Origin: Hydrolagus colliei
Lineage: Eukaryota
Reading direction: 5' to 3'
DNA length: 64,000 bases
Assembly (NCBI GenBank): GCA_035084275.1
Contig: CM068750.1
Span: 5,704,001-5,768,000 of the forward strand
Position 1 is the first letter of the stretch; every line of letters starts with the position of its first letter. The notes beneath the pieces are model-generated. The model searched no databases. It worked only from the letters and a program-made list of their open reading frames with translations, and had not been told where the DNA came from. Made by a program: the position numbers and the translations under genes. Of the stretch, positions 39,304 through 51,830 are shown piece after piece.

Positions 39304-42300
39304 TCACAGCCCCTGTAGAGGGGGTGTGGGCAATATCTTAACACAAAGGATAACATTCTGTAACCCGATCAAACTAAATGCTGTAGTGTCTGTGGATGTA
39401 AAGAAAAATCTCAGGAAATATAGCTCTTTATGCTTATTCACAAGAAGGAATCGCTTCATAGCGCTAATCTTAGTTTGATTATACTACACGAAAAATTCTA
39501 AATGGTGCAGAATTACAGTCCATTAAATAAATTAAATTCTTTCAAATGAAATGGAGAGGAAAGAAGTTCCATCGTAATTACAGTCTTCAGAAACATCCTA
39601 CAGTGAGTGGCTTCACTGGTTTAGAAGTTGATTTTCATTTGAAACAGCATCCTAGTATGGTAATCCCAAACCAATTTGCTCCAAAATTGTTATAAGGTGG
39701 CGAGGAGGAATTTCACCACATTTAGATAGATTGTGAAATATGGGGTCAGAATATACAATCACTAAACAATGGTAAAAAACAACAACTCATTCATAAGAAA
39801 TCACCTACAAATGTTGTACAGAAATAGCTAAGTAAATAACTAAAGGGCGGTTCAAAGGAGGAGAGAAATCATTTGGGATGTTTCAGTCAACTGTTCATTG
39901 CAATCATTTGTGCTATGAGAATGTTAAGACTCATTTCAAGTCCCCAGCTGTGTTAGTGCCCATCTCAGGCCTCTTTTCAATCTAATTTTTCACACTCCCC
40001 TGGTGTGAGCGCAAGCCAGGGTAAGTGGAAACCTATCCAAACACTCATTTCGCAACCTTGCTTCCAAGGTATTGAATCGGCCGAATTCTAACTTCTTGTT
40101 GCACATGAAAGTAATGAGAATATAGATTTGTTTTGAATTCTAATAAAAATTCTAATGGCACAACAGACAAAGGGTGAGCATTTCTGAAGTGAAGCAAGGG
40201 TGGGAGGGGAAAGATGGGTGATGTGTAGCCTGGGAAAATGATACTCAAATGTTAGAATAAAGAAACATTTCTGTTGTGAGATAACATTCAGAGGGATATA
40301 GTATTTGGATTATTGATTTTAATTTAGTATTTACTGTTCCACGGGGGAAATTTCTACAAATTAATCTATTTCTTGATCCCAAGGGGAGCATAATTCTTAC
40401 CTCGTCATTTTATTTTCCCATTATTTCTCTCTCTCTCTCTCTCTTTCTTGAAAGGCTTTCTGATGCAGGCCCCTGATACATTAATCTATCTGCCTGGTCA
40501 ACTCAATACCATTCAGCAGTTATTTTTGTGTCTGTAACTGTGTCCGTGACTCCACAATACTTAAAAAAAAACCCTCACTATTATTATGGGAGCCAGTCCA
40601 GATGGCCCGCAGCTAACATCAGAGACAATAATCACAGCAAACTCAACAGTGTCTGCACAGTGTCATTATACATGCAAAACAAACTGCTGAGCAGCACACT
40701 TAATTTTCTCTCTGCTCCCCAGAATTGCTCTGATAGCTGCATTTTGCTGGACTACAGTTCCTTTTTTGGTTCCAGCTGAATTATATTTATGTACTGGTGC
40801 ATTTTAAACCAGCTCGATGCTTCTTACAAAGATTTTTTGGTTCATCTTCGCACTCAATTCCTCATTGCTGCAGATAGGCGAAATGTAGCACTACATCAGT
40901 TTAAAAATGATTTGGAAACACCAGCCTGTCATTCAGTAGGGCCAGCTCAAGCCAAAATTGTAATTAAACCAGTTTACAAAATGCAGTATCTTTTTCAGCA
41001 CATTGATTAATCTACATTTGTTTTGCATTTTTCTCCGGTAGCTGCTAAAAACACGGCCATTAAACATTTTATGCAGGATTTACAGTCAAATGACAACAAG
41101 GTAGTGCTTACAATTTGTCCATTTAAAATATCAATTTGGAGATTCACTCTCGAATTCAGCAAGAATTAGTGCAGTGCAATCCAATATAACACCTTTCACA
41201 CAAGAAGGGTATTTCAAATTGCCTGACAAGTCCTGAATTTGGGGTGTGAGCCAGTGGCGGTTGTGGTGGGGAGGTTGGATGGTGGTGGGGGGTTTAAAAG
41301 CACAGTCAAACAGGTATGTTTTGAGACCATTCAAGACATGCCTTGAATGGTGGGTGGGGGGAGAGAGGCCATTTAAGATCATCAAACCTATTCATCAGAG
41401 TGATAAAGAGCTCCCAAAAATGAATAATTCTCGCATTTGACCCCTAAAAGCATGTTAAAAAAAATTGTGCAAATGTAGTGATTGTGTATCTATAGGCAAA
41501 TAAGGCAGCCAATTTGAACACAGCAATGCCCCACTTACGTGACAAAGTGAGTGATCAATTTAATCTGGGGTTGGTTGGTCAGGTTAGCAGGAAGAATACT
41601 TTATTTCAATAATTCTATGGGACCATTAATGTCCACAGGCCAACAGGCCAACAGAACTTCATTTTGTCTCACCCCCAGCACAACACTGGAGAATTAGCCT
41701 GGGCTATGTAAAGGGAACATTTACAAGCCCTTCATTTATTACAGCATTTCATTTGGAGTTCTTTAGCTTATTCACCTCAGATCATTATCCCTAGAAGGTT
41801 GGTTAGACAGTGACGAGAGTTATTGGATTGCGGTACAATGGTCTTTAGTTTCTATGGGTTAATATGAAACACCCTCTGAAATGGCCCAACAAGCTACTCT
41901 CGAGAGAAGATGACTAGGATGAAAATCTCATAGATGGGTACAAGATTTTAAATGAGATTGAAAAAGTAAAACCAGATCAATACTTTAGGATGTATCAAGA
42001 CAGTAGAATAAAGGGACATGGGTTTCCAATTGTAAAGGGTAATCTCAACACAGCCAGAATTTGTCTTTACACACAGGGTAATCAACATCTACATGGTTGT
42101 CAAGAATGATGGTAGAGGCCAGGACACTGGACTCATTGATACTTTCTTATATTCTATTTTATACTTTTTTTAAAAAAAAGGGCAGGAAGATTATTTCTAA
42201 AACAAAACGAAAACACAGCTTCCTTCACTGAATGGCTGGAGAGATTTCGAACAAGCATGGACAGAGTAGAACTAGACTCTAGTGGTAATGTAAGGTAAAG

Positions 42301-43006
42301 GTAGTTCTGTTTAGGACATCCTTTGACATTAAACAACAAATATATTGCATCCCATAAGTGTTGCTTAAAAGGAGCTGTACTAAATATTTAATTCAGACTG
42401 CTGCATTGAACAGATGCTGTGAAAATGATTGTAATATATCTTTCAAATTCCAATCCTGGATGAATCACTCTGAAAAGCAGGATAATTCATTACATTGCTG
42501 CTCTATTCCAGACAGCTCAGCATTTTTGTATTGAGACTACACGTAGCAGGGATATATATGTGCATAGAAAGTGCAATTTTTAAGTTTTTGAATCCAATTT
42601 AACTTTTAATTAGTTGCTGAGTACTTTGCAATAGTTTGGTCACAATGCATTCGAGGGAGAGGGAGAAGGGCAACTGAGAGAAGAGTCTCCAGTGGCCAGT
42701 TTAGCCTGAAACAAGGAAGGAAAAGCTCATTCACAAAAGATGGCCATTCAATTGAAGTCTTGACCAAACAATCAATCTGCTTGTGCAGTCAAGAAAGAAG
42801 GCTAGCATGGTTCCACAAACAGTTTAGAATATGTTTTATCAGTTGTGCATTTTAATTTAATTTTGAAGACCGCGGTATTCTATAGACTTCTTTCATATGG
42901 CAAGAGCGCTGATTAGCAAAGCTCAAATAACCAAGTCCAGATTAGTGAGTAATATTAATATTTAGAATGTAATTAAATTTTTTGTCACAATGTTGTATTT
43001 TTTCAG

Positions 43007-43206
43007 CTCATGAACACTATTCCCCAGCACCAGCACCATTGCAGCTCTTTGCGTTCATTGTTTTGCTGAGCCTGCTGATTGTGTTACTCTATTGCAATAA
43101 GTGTCCCTCTAAGGTCTGTGAACAACTTGGGTCGAAACTTCTTAGCTTCTATCTGGACATCAAGCACATTGCAATCGGATGCTGGCACCGATGGATGAAA
43201 AAGTAA
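43007..43206 (+). CDS. C14orf180: NRAC/C14orf180-like last exon with transmembrane helix
   Basis: tttttcag| phase 1; HEHYSPAPAPLQLFAFIVLLSLLIVLLYCNKCPSKVCEQLGSKLLSFYLDIKHIAIGCWHRWMKK* resembles the NRAC TM-LYC...L.H.A..CW end; convergent with TMEM179 as in human. Confidence 0.82.
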
Positions 43207-43399
43207 GACATCCGCAAACACTGGGAGCATCAGAACACAGCTTGGTTTGGACACTCCCTTTCAGTGGAGCAATCTTGGCTGAATGATGTTACAAAGGCAA
43301 GCTGTTCAACATCACTTAGCCACAGTCGGTGGTGGTTAGAAACAATTGGTTGAACACAAGACAAAATGACAATGAACCTTCTGAATTTGCTGTCATGAC

Positions 43400-43850
43400 C
43401 CCATCTCCCACATTCCCACCCAACTCCATTGGCTCCCATCACCCAGAGCATTCAATTCAAGATCCTGGTCCTCAATTTCGAAGTCCTCCTCGGCCTCGCC
43501 CCACCCTTCCTTTGCGACCTCCTAGCCTGCCTGCCCCCTCCGCTCAACAGGCTCTGGCCTGCTGCACGTCCCCCAAACCACCCACCCCACCACTGGCAGG
43601 CGAGCCTTCAGCCACTCTGCCCCCAACCTTTGGAACTCCATCCTGCGGTCCTGATGCCTCGCCCCTTCCCTGGCCGCCTCAAGCCCCTCCTCTTCGAAGG
43701 TCCTATCGGTCACACCAAATCCCCCCCCTTTCCTTCCACCCTCCTCGTCCCCGACCCCAACCCGGGTTTGAAACAGTGACTGTCCAGCGCCTTGGGACGT
43801 CCTCCTGATGTAAAAGGTGCTGTACAAGTGTCATTTTGTTGTTGTTGTTG
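43400..43850 (+). mobile_element. LINE2 3' end in the NRAC 3' region
   Basis: Frameshifted ORF2 end LHWLP/ITQSIQFKILVL..L.GLAPP.L.DLL, then GCGCCTTGGGACGTCCTCC...(GTT)n tail. Confidence 0.88.
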
Positions 43851-45199
43851 GTTCAATTTTCCTCTGCAATGTTTTTGAAACCTTGGACTTCATTCTGTTT
43901 TTATTTTAAGATGGCATTGTCAACAAAATGTTTATTTCAAATATTGTGGAAATTTAGCTACTGGCTCAACTGAAGATCCACTATCAGTGAAGGTTGCAAT
44001 CCAACTCCCATCTCTTGGGAGTCACCAAGATCAGAACCTAATCAATCCAATTGTTGGAAATGTTTACCTGAATGAAGATGTATTATTGCCCTACACAAAG
44101 CATGCTTTGTGTAGGGAATGTACCATGGTACCTTCCATTCCCAGATCCTATTTAATTCGACCCCTCCCACGCTTTACACAATATCTTTGTCCTAATGCCT
44201 TGGATAATCAGTTAGTTACTGGTCCATTGCCTAAGGAGTATGGAAACACTGCAAATACTACAATGTGAATCAGACATGCATGGCTAGCCTGATTAGAATC
44301 AATTGGTTTTAGAAATAGTTTTTGATTCCTATTTTACTCTGGTCAACAGGGCATCAGACACAAGCATAAGGGACATCATCACCATTATTAAGGTATCCAA
44401 ATCAGACAAGAGTTCCACAAATGTATCCCACTTACACACGGAAATTTCCCTGTGTCTGGAATGGGCACTCTTTCCCTTCAGGGATGCCCTGCTTACCTAA
44501 TTCCAGAGAGTATTAGGTGTCGGGTGGCAAGAATCAAGGCCTGTGGTGCGGCTGGAGATAACTAGCTACAACTGTGCTGCTTGCCATTGAAAACATTGTC
44601 GGCACGTTTCCTGCTGCATGTCCATCCATTAGAGCTTTAGCTTGCAGGGTAAACATACACTAAACGAAGAAAGTTTGCCTCCAGAAATTCCCATGTTACG
44701 GCACAAATCGTCTCTCAGTGTGACATCGATTTATAATCTACACATGTTAGGATTCACAGCTGACTTGAGACATCTTCTTGGAGACCATTGTGAATTGTGT
44801 GATCTGTGATGAGTAGCTGCACTGCAGTAAGATATTCTTGAAGCAAACCAACTCTGAAAAAAGTGTACATGAATCTGACAGCAGTATTTCCACCAGCCTG
44901 TTTGACTGTAGCATTTCTGGAAGCCACATGCTGTCTGCCTAGGAGTATTATAATGCTATGTTAATGCTATTTGATCTATGCCCCTTATGTCCTGGTTTAA
45001 GGTAGATGTTAGTATAATCAGTAAAAAAAACAGAATTCGTTGGAAATATAGGATTCAGTTTTGTACTATCGACCTCAGTAGATTAGTTTTCTCACCGGAT
45101 AATTGTTTTGTGGAAGACTTTCTTGCTGAAGTTGATGGGTTCAAAGAGAATATAGATTACAGGCAGTAATTGTTGAATGGCAGGTATGGGATTGAATGC

Positions 45200-45205
45200 A
45201 ATAAA
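45200..45205 (+). terminator. Candidate poly(A) signal of the NRAC-like gene
   Basis: First AATAAA I found downstream of the stop at 43206. Confidence 0.3.
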
Positions 45206-45397
45206 AAGGCCAAATTAATTGTAAATCCAACATTCCTGCAATTTCCCCACACTAGTGGTCTTTCACAGTATTAACTTTATATTAATGGCAGAATTCTTGA
45301 TGACGCTTAACACCTAAATTGATAAAATTCTGCAGTTAAGAAGCAATCTCGTGTAACCTTTCCATTAATCTACTGTCGCATTTCAGCTACTTGTGTA

Positions 45398-45689
45398 GTT
45401 CTGTAACTCAGTGGTTAGAGCACTTACCTTGCAAGTGGGAGACCTGAATTTGATTCCCAGCAAGTTTCCTTATTTCACATGCCTCTGTTTACCTAGCAGT
45501 AAGTAGGAACCCAGTGGTAATAATTCTTTCAAAAAATAATAAATTGATCACTGTTTGTGCGACACTGCTATGTGCAATTGCCTGCTGAATTTTTCCCCCA
45601 AAAGTCAATTTACTTTACAGTATATTATGTGAAACGCTTTGAAACGTCTTGAAGATGCGATAACTCACTAAATAGGATTATTATTATTC
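45398..45689 (+). mobile_element. Near full-length tRNA-derived SINE (same family)
   Basis: CTCAGTGGTTAGAGCACTT head, shared body, GGATTATTATT tail. Confidence 0.88.
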
Positions 45690-46747
45690 CTTGGCAACCA
45701 TGTACATTTTAAAATATTGTTGCTGGTTATATTTTTTCTGATACTTTTTAGAACAATGCATAATTTATCTAGTTAGTTTATTTTTCATATTTTATCAGAA
45801 TGTGTTTCAATTTAGTATTAGTTGCAAGAGTTCCCCCAAAGTATCATGGAATAGAAATAATTTTGTTACCATTTCAGAATTTGCTTACAATGTGGAGACA
45901 AGGAAAAATAATTGTAAATGGCATAAATCTGAAATAAAAACAGAAACATTTTGGAAATCCATAACATCTGTTGAGAGTGATGGGTTTAAAGTTCCATTAA
46001 TTCAGAATGATTGTGCAATAAGGATTAGGATCTTTCAAATGCACTGCCTTTTGAATTATATCTAGATGAATGCATCCTTTGCAGCACAGTTTTGCTGTGT
46101 GTAAATTGCCTTACTGCACTACTGACTCTATAAGGAATCCTGTAAACTGCTTTGATGTCGTAATAATTGCAATACCAAATTGCAGGGATTATTATTTTCT
46201 ATTGATGAAAAATGACAGCGCAGGTAGGACAAAAGTGGTAATGGCTCTCAAAATTCAACACTTGAAGATCAGAAAGTTAAAATTTCCCTTTGCAGGATGA
46301 AGAGTGAAGAGGAGGGAATCTTTTCAATGTTTTACTTTCTAGGAAGTTTTATAGCTGGTGTTAAGCCTCCGTCGGGCAAATTTGTGATCTTTCCCCACAC
46401 TTTGTAGGCATCAAGATGACAAAAAGGTTAAGGGACAGCAAAAGTAATTTTCTATACTTCCATTCTTTTCCTAGTTTCTAAACCATGTTGCTGCAGTTAT
46501 TGAAGCATTGAGTAACGTAAATCTGAAAGTGCTTATTTGATCCGACTGACAAAAAAAGTGCCCAAGCAAATGTAAACAAGCGTTTGAGTGAATTTAATTG
46601 AACACGTTTTCAGGAAATACACAGGACACAGTACAATCAAGGTTAAAGAATTGACATTAATAATAAAGATACTTTTTTTATGAGCAGCATATGGCACAGT
46701 AAAAGGCTGTCGCTGTCTACTACTAAGCTTCAATTGCCGCCATTCAC

Positions 46748-46753
46748 TTTATT
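46748..46753 (-). terminator. Candidate poly(A) signal of TMEM179
   Basis: First minus-strand AATAAA I found after the stop, about 780 nt downstream. Confidence 0.4.
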
Positions 46754-47528
46754 AGCCTGAAGTGAGCCGGTGATTTAAGGTGGAACATTCAGTAGTGCAA
46801 GCTGCTTCTAAGGCCATCATAACCACAATTTTCTAAGCAGTGCAGATGAGATTTCCAAGACTGAAAGCAATGTATTCAGCAGTCTTTGAAACATGTTCAG
46901 CTCTATCCAAAATCATAGCTCCGAGCATCTTGGCCCTAATGTGCTGAGCACGAACAGAAGTATTCAGCAGCACCAGCCACAAGCTACAATAACTGGCACA
47001 ATTTGTTCATTTGATTTCAGCACAATTCATGGTAGCAGTGATAATGAATGACATGCTGAATAATGCAGTATGACAAATTCGGAAAGTGCCTTAAATATTT
47101 CAAGACATTTCTAAGATCGGGGTGCATGGAATTAATTATTTAGTTTGATACTGTAAAACAGGATAAATTGTTCCGACTTATGGCGCTAAGCCTTTGACGT
47201 CTAAAGCAGAGTCGCACAAAGAAAGTTGACATTGAGCCAAGGCGTTACAGCAACCTTCAGTTTGGGAGGTTTTGTGGCATGACACTTTAGAAAATGACTA
47301 CATTCGCAGGTTAACAAAACTTAGGCACTGAAAGAATAGCATTCATAGTTGTAGAGATTCTTATGACACCCAATATATATTGAGTGGGAGGCAAATCCTG
47401 AAGAGCAACTCTCCTGTTTTACAGTACCTTTGCATTGATTCCTCTTGACAAGCAATGCAGAATCACCCTCTCCTGTTGTGGCTGTTTGAAACATCCTTTC
47501 TTCATCATTTTCCGTGTGATAACCCGAT

Positions 47529-47744
<216 letters not shown>

Positions 47745-48519
47745 TTAAAAGCACACTTTGACAACAACAACTTGCATTTCTATAGGGCAAAGGGCGGGAG
47801 GGGTAATCTGACCGAATGTGCAGCTAAAAACAAGATACACCTTGTTTTGTTTATAGAAGTAAATAATTTGAATACAGCCTGGATATTGATTGTTAATGTC
47901 AAATTCTGAAAACTCAACAGGGGCAAAAGCATAGAATGAAACTACTCAATTCCTTTATTTTAGACAATCCACTCATTTGTTTTTCACAGTCAAAACAACA
48001 AAAAACAGGAAATCTACCATTGTCACAGTTAATATATTTGGTTTATCAAAAACATTGTCTGCATAAGAAACTTTTATACAATGCTATTTTTTAAAAGAAA
48101 AACTGTCCAAGAATATAATATTTGTGAATTTTCTATCACTATACATGGTCGTCTAAACTGAGTGCTCATTGAATGAAGCAATATTTGATTTACAAACAGC
48201 ATATTTCTGACAGTGAATCCATTTACAATTATCCTTTTTTGGGAAGAGTTTCGAGAGACATTGTGCTAATGGCATTTCAATAATTTATCATTGGATTCAA
48301 TGATAATTGGATTGAACATTTGAATTCCATGGCAAAAAAACTCCGGTAAATGTGCAATGGGCAGGAAGTTATGTCAGTGACAACCTACTGACCTGGAAGT
48401 CAAGCACAGGAAATCAACCAGTTTTCAAAGGAGATGCACAAGCAGCTGTCAATAGGGCCCTATTATAATGCAGATTACAATTTCTTGGACCTCAAATGGT
48501 TCTGCTGTAGTTAGAAAAC

Positions 48520-48865
48520 ATAATAATAATATTTCTTTCATTTGATATAGTGTCTTATCATGTTTTCGAGATGTCTCAAAGTGCTTCATTAAGATATAGT
48601 ATAAAGTGAATTGACTGTCTATTTTGTGGGCAAAACGCGACAGCTAATTGTCTACAAGCAGTCGTGAATTGAATAACCAATTTTTTTGGAAGAAATTATT
48701 ACCCCCGAAAAAGCGAACCACCAATCGACTGACAACCAGGTTCCTACTTACGACTAGGTAAACAGAAGCATCTGGAGTAAGAAAACTTGACCTACATTTC
48801 GCCCTGCCGGGAATCGAACCCAGGTCTCTCGTTTATCTCCCGCAAGACAAGTGCTCCAGCCACTC
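48520..48865 (-). mobile_element. Near full-length tRNA-derived SINE in TMEM179 intron 3
   Basis: GGGAATCGAACCCAGG (B box, reverse) and the family tail. Confidence 0.88.
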
Positions 48866-49150
48866 CAAAAACTTTGATTTATATAGCGCCCTCCATGCTG
48901 GACGGCGTCTCAGAGCGCTTCACTAAGCTACAGGACTTCACAATATAGGGTGATAACCAACACAACAACAAACAAAATTATAGAGGGCCTTTCATGTCGG
49001 GAGGATGTCCCAAGGTGCTGAAACACCATGTGCAATCTAAATTATTCTGACTAACCAATTCAGTCAGCTGATGCGCTTTGAGACATTCTTCCAATGTGAA
49101 ACAGCACTTTTATATACTTCACTATATCTTTACTATATATCCTGTTGTCA

Positions 49151-49578
<428 letters not shown>

Positions 49579-49939
49579 GCACCTTTAAACTACAACTGTG
49601 TGATGAGCTTGTTTAGGTCATAGCTCATCAACGATAGGAGATATTCCCCCATCGGCCCCCACCCACCCAAAAAAAAACATGCCCATGACACTCCCCCATG
49701 CAAAACCATTCCGATGAGTAAAAATTGACGCTTCTATGTCCCATCAATCATCCCAAATACCCCCTTTCCCTCCACACTCCCCTTCCCCAACCCGGGTCTG
49801 AAACAATGACTGTCCAACACCTTGGGACATCCTCCCGACGTGTAATTTTGTCGTTGTTCTTGTTCTTCTCACTTTTATTTACTCCTGTAGCACTTTTCAT
49901 GTGTTAGGTGCTTGGATTTGCCATCGATAAGTTTTTCTA

Positions 49940-50221
<282 letters not shown>

Positions 50222-50439
50222 TCACTTCAGAGATACAGCTCAGTCTGCATAGGGCTGGAGCCAGTGAGCATTCTCCACCCACACACAGCAGAGGGAGAGA
50301 GAGACGCAATAAAGCCCTGAGGAACATTACACTGTCCGTCCATGGCTTTATTTACAACAGCAACGCCAACACTGACTGACTGTGATCACAAAACTCAGAC
50401 CTTTCCTATGGGTGGGATTTGATTTTAACCCTCCATCTC

Positions 50440-50660
50440 TTGTGCAATCGGCTGCCGCGTTTCGCCCGCAAAATAAGACAGCCAATCAATTCCCTTTGCG
50501 GCGTGTTCCGCGAAGCGCTTTGAGACGTCTGGACGACGCGAAGAGCGCTGTAATACTACCCCTGTTAATAATAATAATCCTCACCTTTGACGCGGCGCTC
50601 TTTCACGTCTCCCAGACGTCTCAAAGCGCTTCGCGGATGGCGCCGCGCACAGCGTAAATC
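50440..50660. mobile_element. Two tail-to-tail SINE 3' fragments, unusually GC/CpG-rich
   Basis: Plus copy about 50440-50555 and minus copy about 50566-50660, both alignable to the family tail. Confidence 0.85.
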
Positions 50661-50909
50661 CCCGGGCTGAGACGCGGCAGCCCATCCGTCGCGCGCGGCC
50701 GCGGACTGAAACCAACGCACGTATTATTCCCCCAACAAACAAACAAACAAACAAACAACAACAACAACAACAACCCTCGCCTTTGACACGGGCGCTGTGA
50801 CAATCCAAAATGCAGGGAATCCTTCTGATGATTTTGCCCAGCACCAATCACAACAGGAAACAACAACAAGATGGACATCAGCTTGCATTGACAAAGCAAA
50901 GCAGCGACC

Positions 50910-51160
50910 TCCCCCCCCCCCCACCCCTCCCATCTCCTCACCCCCCCACCCACCCCTCCCATCTCCTCACCCCCCCACCCACCCCTCCCATCTCCTCACC
51001 CCCCCACCCACCCCTCCCATCTCCTCACCCCCCCACCCACCCCTCCCATCTCCTCACCCCCCCACCCACCCCTCCCATCTCCTCACCCCCCCACCCACCC
51101 CTCCCATCTCCTCACCCCCCCACCCACCCCTCCCATCTCCTCACCCCCCCACCCACCCCT
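50910..51160. repeat. 29-bp minisatellite (ACCCCCCCACCCACCCCTCCCATCTCCTC), about 8.5 copies, followed by (CT)n
   Basis: Exact 29-nt periodicity visible directly. Confidence 0.97.
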
Positions 51161-51209
51161 CTCTCTCTCTCTCTCTCTCTCCTCTCCATGGCTGGGCTTG
51201 ACTACCTAC

Positions 51210-51511
51210 TCGTCGTGACCTTTGCAGAGGTAGAAGAGGAGCCTCCAGGCCTGGATGGCCGACAGGACCAGGGCCAGGCAGAGGACGAAACTGGTGAAGC
51301 CGCAGGAGGAGGTGGGACCCCACTCCCCCACCACGAAGCGTTGCCTCTCCACCGTGGCGTTCACGTCCTGCCACATGCCGCGGGTGAAGAGCGGGCATCT
51401 CCCCTGGAACTGCCGACCGTTCTCCCACAGCGGCACCACCGCCACCAAACCGGACAGGAGAGCCAGGGAATACAGCAGGCACTGAACCCACACCACACTG
51501 TTCAGCCCCAT
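51210..51511 (-). CDS. TMEM179: TMEM179 coding exon 1 (302 nt)
   Basis: ATG at 51511; MGLNSVVWVQCLLYSLALLSGLVAVVPLWENGRQFQGRCPLF...EWGP..C..LCKGHD matches the TMEM179 N-terminus; donor GA|gtaggt, phase 2. Confidence 0.95.
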
Positions 51512-51521
51512 GGTGGGTTAT

Positions 51522-51585
51522 TCTCTCTCTGTCTCTCTCTCTGTCTCTCTGTCTGTCTCTCTCTCTGTCTCTGTCTGTCTGTCTG
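51522..51585. repeat. (CT)n/(CTGT)n microsatellite in the TMEM179 5' leader
   Basis: Direct reading; (GA)n on the sense strand ends about 10 nt before the ATG. Confidence 0.9.
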
Positions 51586-51679
51586 ACCATCGGTCAGGAC
51601 CAGACCCCTGGATTAACCCTCACCCCCCCCCCCCCCCCTCCCAGCCTTCAACCTCACCATCACAGACACACTGAAGCCC

Positions 51680-51830
51680 NNNNNNNNNNNNNNNNNNNNN
51701 NNNNNNNNNNNNNNNNNNNNNNNNNNNNNNNNNNNNNNNNNNNNNNNNNNNNNNNNNNNNNNNNNNNNNNNNNNNNNNNNNNNNNNNNNNNNNNNNNNNN
51801 NNNNNNNNNNNNNNNNNNNNNNNNNNNNNN
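51680..51830. other. Assembly gap (151 N) upstream of the TMEM179 ATG
   Basis: Run of N with C-rich low-complexity tracts nearby on both sides. Confidence 0.99.

Noticed and set aside
43329-43827. Overlapping 100-159 aa ORFs after the NRAC stop
   Set aside because: They fall in a decayed C-rich LINE2 3' end.
50910-51160. Regular repeat array resembling a CRISPR
   Set aside because: Head-to-tail identical units with no spacers, in a vertebrate intron.
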